Shown here: in pieces, positions 45,339-48,305 of the stretch
Numbering within the stretch: position 1 is the first letter of the stretch
Layout: each line of letters begins with the position of its first letter
Origin: Deltaproteobacteria bacterium
Lineage (GTDB): Bacteria > Myxococcota_A > UBA9160 > UBA6930
Length of the DNA stretch: 48,305 nucleotides
Direction of reading: 5' to 3'
NCBI GenBank assembly: GCA_031387905.1
Contig: JANNDT010000502.1
Span: forward strand, 1-48,305
Notes under the pieces: generated by a model
Databases searched by the model: none
What the model saw: only the letters and a program-made list of their open reading frames with translations
Told to the model about the DNA's origin: nothing
Made by a program: the position numbers and the translations under genes

Positions 45339-45394
45339 GCGCGGCGAAGATCGCTTAGCGTTCTCAGCTGCGCCGCAAGCGAAGGAGCAGTGAG

Positions 45395-46168
45395 ATGGGC
45401 ATGCTCGAGGGTCGAATCGGATTGATTACGGGCGCCGCCAGCGGAATCGGGCGCGCGACAGCACTGCTCGCCGCGCGCGAGGGCTCGGCGCTCGTGCTCG
45501 GGGACATCCAAGCCGCCGCGGGCGAAGCGGTCGCCGCGGAAGTGCGGGCAGCCGGTGGGCGCGCGCTGTTCGTGCGCGCGGACGTGACCAGTGCCGCGCA
45601 GGTCGAGGCGTTGGTGGCAGCGGCGACGCGCGAGTTCGGAGCGCTGCACTGGGCCAGTAACAACGCAGCCGGCGGCGGCGGCGATTTCGCGCCGCTGATC
45701 GCGACCGACGAGCCCACCTGGGAGCGCACGCTGGCGGTGTGCCTGACGGGCGTGTTCTACGCGATGAAGTACGAGGTGCCGGCCATGCTGGCGGGGGGCG
45801 GCGGCTCGATCGTGAACATCAGCTCCGCGTCCACGCTGAAGGGCCACGCGTTCCTCGCGGCCTACACCGCGGCGAAAGGCGGCGTCGAGGCGCTCACCAG
45901 GACGGCGGCCGCGGAGCTCGCGACGCAGGGCGTGCGGGTGAATGCGATCTCGCCCGGCGGTATCGAGACGCCCGCGATCGCCCGCTACTTCAAGCGCTTT
46001 CCCGACGTGCGCGACGCCACCGTGAAAGCCCATGCGATGCGCCGCCTCGGAAAACCCGAAGAACTCGCAGAAGCCGTCGTGTGGCTCGCTTCCGAGCGTG
46101 CGTCCTACATCACCGGCGCGAACTTGTTAGTGGATGGCGGCTCCGCCGTGAACTCGCACATGCTCTGA
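45395..46168 (+). CDS. SDR family oxidoreductase
   Basis: TGAASGIG, NNA, YTAAK, RVNAISPG; AGGAG RBS. Confidence 0.93.
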   Translation: MGMLEGRIGLITGAASGIGRATALLAAREGSALVLGDIQAAAGEAVAAEVRAAGGRALFVRADVTSAAQVEALVAAATREFGALHWASNNAAGGGGDFAPLIATDEPTWERTLAVCLTGVFYAMKYEVPAMLAGGGGSIVNISSASTLKGHAFLAAYTAAKGGVEALTRTAAAELATQGVRVNAISPGGIETPAIARYFKRFPDVRDATVKAHAMRRLGKPEELAEAVVWLASERASYITGANLLVDGGSAVNSHML

Positions 46169-46186
46169 GCCGATTCGGAGCGGCGG

Positions 46187-46801
46187 CTACGCGGGAACGG
46201 CCTCGGCTTTGCGGCTCTGAGCGTGCGCGTGGCTGCTTCTGCTGACGATGCCGGTGGCGTCGTCGAGGCCCGCCAGCATGCGGCCGTAGAGCCTGATCTT
46301 CAGCGACTCGAGCACGATGAAGCCGAACAGCGCGCAGATCGATTTCGAGACGGCGCCAGCGAGGCCGACCATCGCGAGCATCTCGTCGCCGTTGCCCTTC
46401 GAGAGCACCAGCACGACCAAGCCGAACAGCGTGCCGATGAAGCCGATCGGCGGCAGGATGTTCGAGTACATCGTGACGGGCTTGGCGTAGTTCGCCTCGT
46501 ACTCGTTCGAGACGTACTGGCGCGACGCGTCGATCAGGAAGGCCAGCGGCATGCGCTCGGCGTTGTCCTTCTGCGAGCTGCGCAGCACGCGCAACACCTG
46601 AATCGCGATCGGCTCGTTGGGCGCAGGCACGTCGCGCTCGAGGCCCTTCTGGATCTCGGCGGGCGTCACGCGACGGGTCACGGCGAAGGCGCGCATGCAG
46701 GCGCGCAGCCCCCACCAGAATGGGAACCAGACCGCGATCAGAGCCATTACGGTGACAGTGAGGGCGGCGAGTGAGCCGGCGCTCCAGGTTGCTTCGGTCA
46801 T
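46187..46801 (-). CDS. MotA/TolQ/ExbB proton-channel family-like protein
   Basis: N-terminal TM then NILPPIGFIGTLFGL and GLAGAV..SI helices. Confidence 0.7.
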   Translation of the reverse strand: MTEATWSAGSLAALTVTVMALIAVWFPFWWGLRACMRAFAVTRRVTPAEIQKGLERDVPAPNEPIAIQVLRVLRSSQKDNAERMPLAFLIDASRQYVSNEYEANYAKPVTMYSNILPPIGFIGTLFGLVVLVLSKGNGDEMLAMVGLAGAVSKSICALFGFIVLESLKIRLYGRMLAGLDDATGIVSRSSHAHAQSRKAEAVPA

Positions 46802-46873
46802 TGGGGGATTCTCCTGCTACGGGATCTGTCGAGCGGCGCGCTCCAAGCGAGGCCGCTTTGTGAACATTCAGCG

Positions 46874-47401
46874 CTAGCCGCGCCAGTACTGCTCTTCGAC
46901 CATCTCGAGTGCATCGACCAAAGGCGTGCGCTTGCCGACCGGGTAGTCGACCAAAAGGTCGTCGCGGCCGCGGTATCGCAGCTTGAGATCGTCGATCAGC
47001 GCCTCGGCACGGTGCGGCGACTTCAGCTTCGAGAGGATCTCGATCGAGACGAAGCGAATGCCTGCGTCGAGGCCGCCCAGTTCGGCGTGGTGGCTCGTCC
47101 AGTCTCTGGCGAGCAGCGGTTCGACGTGATCGTCCATGTAGCCGTAGAAGAAGGTCTTGAAGAGCACGATGCCGCTGCCGTCGCCGCGCAGCGCCATCGA
47201 GTCGAGCGTCTTCAGGTGGCGCACGAGATCGTCCTGCGTGCGCTGCATTTCGCGGACCTTCTCCGCGAGCGTTTCGCCGCCGAGCGGCTTGCTGATGCGC
47301 ACCCGCTCGGAGTCTTCGAGCGGCACGGGCTCGTAGCTCGCGCAGCCGCCGAGCGCGCCCGCGAGCGCGAGCGCCAACAGCGTATTCACCTGTTTGGACA
47401 T
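46874..47401 (-). CDS. Hypothetical lipoprotein
   Basis: LGGC lipobox; GAGGAG RBS. Confidence 0.75.
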   Translation of the reverse strand: MSKQVNTLLALALAGALGGCASYEPVPLEDSERVRISKPLGGETLAEKVREMQRTQDDLVRHLKTLDSMALRGDGSGIVLFKTFFYGYMDDHVEPLLARDWTSHHAELGGLDAGIRFVSIEILSKLKSPHRAEALIDDLKLRYRGRDDLLVDYPVGKRTPLVDALEMVEEQYWRG

Positions 47402-47426
47402 AATGACTCTCCTCGAGTTCCGCGCG

Positions 47427-48305
47427 TTATTCGCTGTCGCTGTCGTACTCGGCTTCGGTCACGTCGACGTCGTGTTCGTGGTACATGCGGCGGAGTAGGG
47501 CGTGCAGCGGGTGATCGCGGCGCGCGCGCAGGTCGCTGGAGAGGCCGTCCGTATCGAGCGTCGCCTTGTAGAGCGGCAGCGTTCGGCCGCGCGCGTCGAT
47601 CTGATTCTCGAGCCGCTCGAGCAGCGCGCTGGCCTCGGAGATGTCCTTGTTGAGCTGCGTGAGCTGTGCGGCGTCGAGCCGCTCGCCGGAACCGATCGCG
47701 CCCACCGACTCGCCGTCTTCGGACATCGCCGCCGGCGCTGCGGTCTGCGATCCGCCCGCGAGCTGCGTCTGCAGCGCGGTCATCCGGCTCTTTGCTTCGT
47801 CGCGCTGCAGCTTGAGACGCGTGAGCCCCGCCTCGAGATCCTCGATGCCCTTACCCTCGGCGTAGCCGAGGTACACGAGCACCAGACTGTCTGAGAACGC
47901 GTTGAGAAGAGTCTTCAGGCGCGGGGACTCGGGCTGCTGGCTCGCGATCCAACTCGCCAGCGCGCGCGAGTGCGTGGCGCCTTCCGCCGCGGGTCGCACG
48001 AGGTCGAGATACTCGCTCTCGCGGCCCTGGCGCTGCAGCGCCGCCGTAATGCCCGGCCAGACCTGCCGATCGAACGGGAAGATCTTGAGCGCCGCGCGGT
48101 ACTGGCGGATCGCGACGTCCACTTCTTCGGCCGTCGGGTGCTTCGCGTACACGAGGTAGGCGTCGCCGACGCCGCGCGCGGCTTCATGCGCCGCGAAGTA
48201 CGCGGAGTCCGGAACGCCGTCTTTGTTTTCGGACGTGGCGTAATAGAGAAAGAGCGAGAGGTAACGCGTGTAGAGGCGCGCCGCGTTGCGCGCGTGGTCG
48301 TCGGC
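47427..48305 (-). CDS. Partial (5' end outside window) TPR/coiled-coil protein
   Basis: Frame open from the window edge (ADDHARNAARLY...GVGDAYLVY...AIRQYRAALKIFPFD) to the stop at 47427. Confidence 0.75.
   Translation of the reverse strand, partial: ADDHARNAARLYTRYLSLFLYYATSENKDGVPDSAYFAAHEAARGVGDAYLVYAKHPTAEEVDVAIRQYRAALKIFPFDRQVWPGITAALQRQGRESEYLDLVRPAAEGATHSRALASWIASQQPESPRLKTLLNAFSDSLVLVYLGYAEGKGIEDLEAGLTRLKLQRDEAKSRMTALQTQLAGGSQTAAPAAMSEDGESVGAIGSGERLDAAQLTQLNKDISEASALLERLENQIDARGRTLPLYKATLDTDGLSSDLRARRDHPLHALLRRMYHEHDVDVTEAEYDSDSE

Overview
High-GC (roughly 70% by eye) bacterial window, most likely from a Myxococcota/deltaproteobacterial-type genome (inferred from gene content and the pcm-nlpD-apt block). 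About 1-26.8 kb and 38.4-48.3 kb hold mainly catabolic/redox and envelope genes: GNAT, aminotransferase, Rieske oxygenase, ADH, sulfotransferase-DUF1214, hydantoinase A/B, P450, PQQ dehydrogenase, TMTC-like protein, MFS, LLM, CoA-transferase, HTTM-DCC1-FkbM and secreted Ig/FG-GAP proteins. Right after apt, the 5' half of a tRNA-Arg(CCT)-like gene is interrupted at the anticodon loop by a 333-nt, hairpin-rich non-coding insert whose two ends base-pair. The insert ends in a non-cognate, CAT-anticodon-type tRNA 3' half, and a degenerate collinear copy of its core lies 7.5 kb downstream. This split tRNA opens a mosaic island (about 26.9-38.4 kb). The island carries a DRHyd/TPR(DUF4071)/SLOG + SLATT conflict operon, a TIR-2TM + TM/coiled-coil pair, integrase, IS-like and dehydrogenase gene fragments, and several families of short dispersed repeats. 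All calls come from motif recognition by eye; no database searches or folding programs were run.
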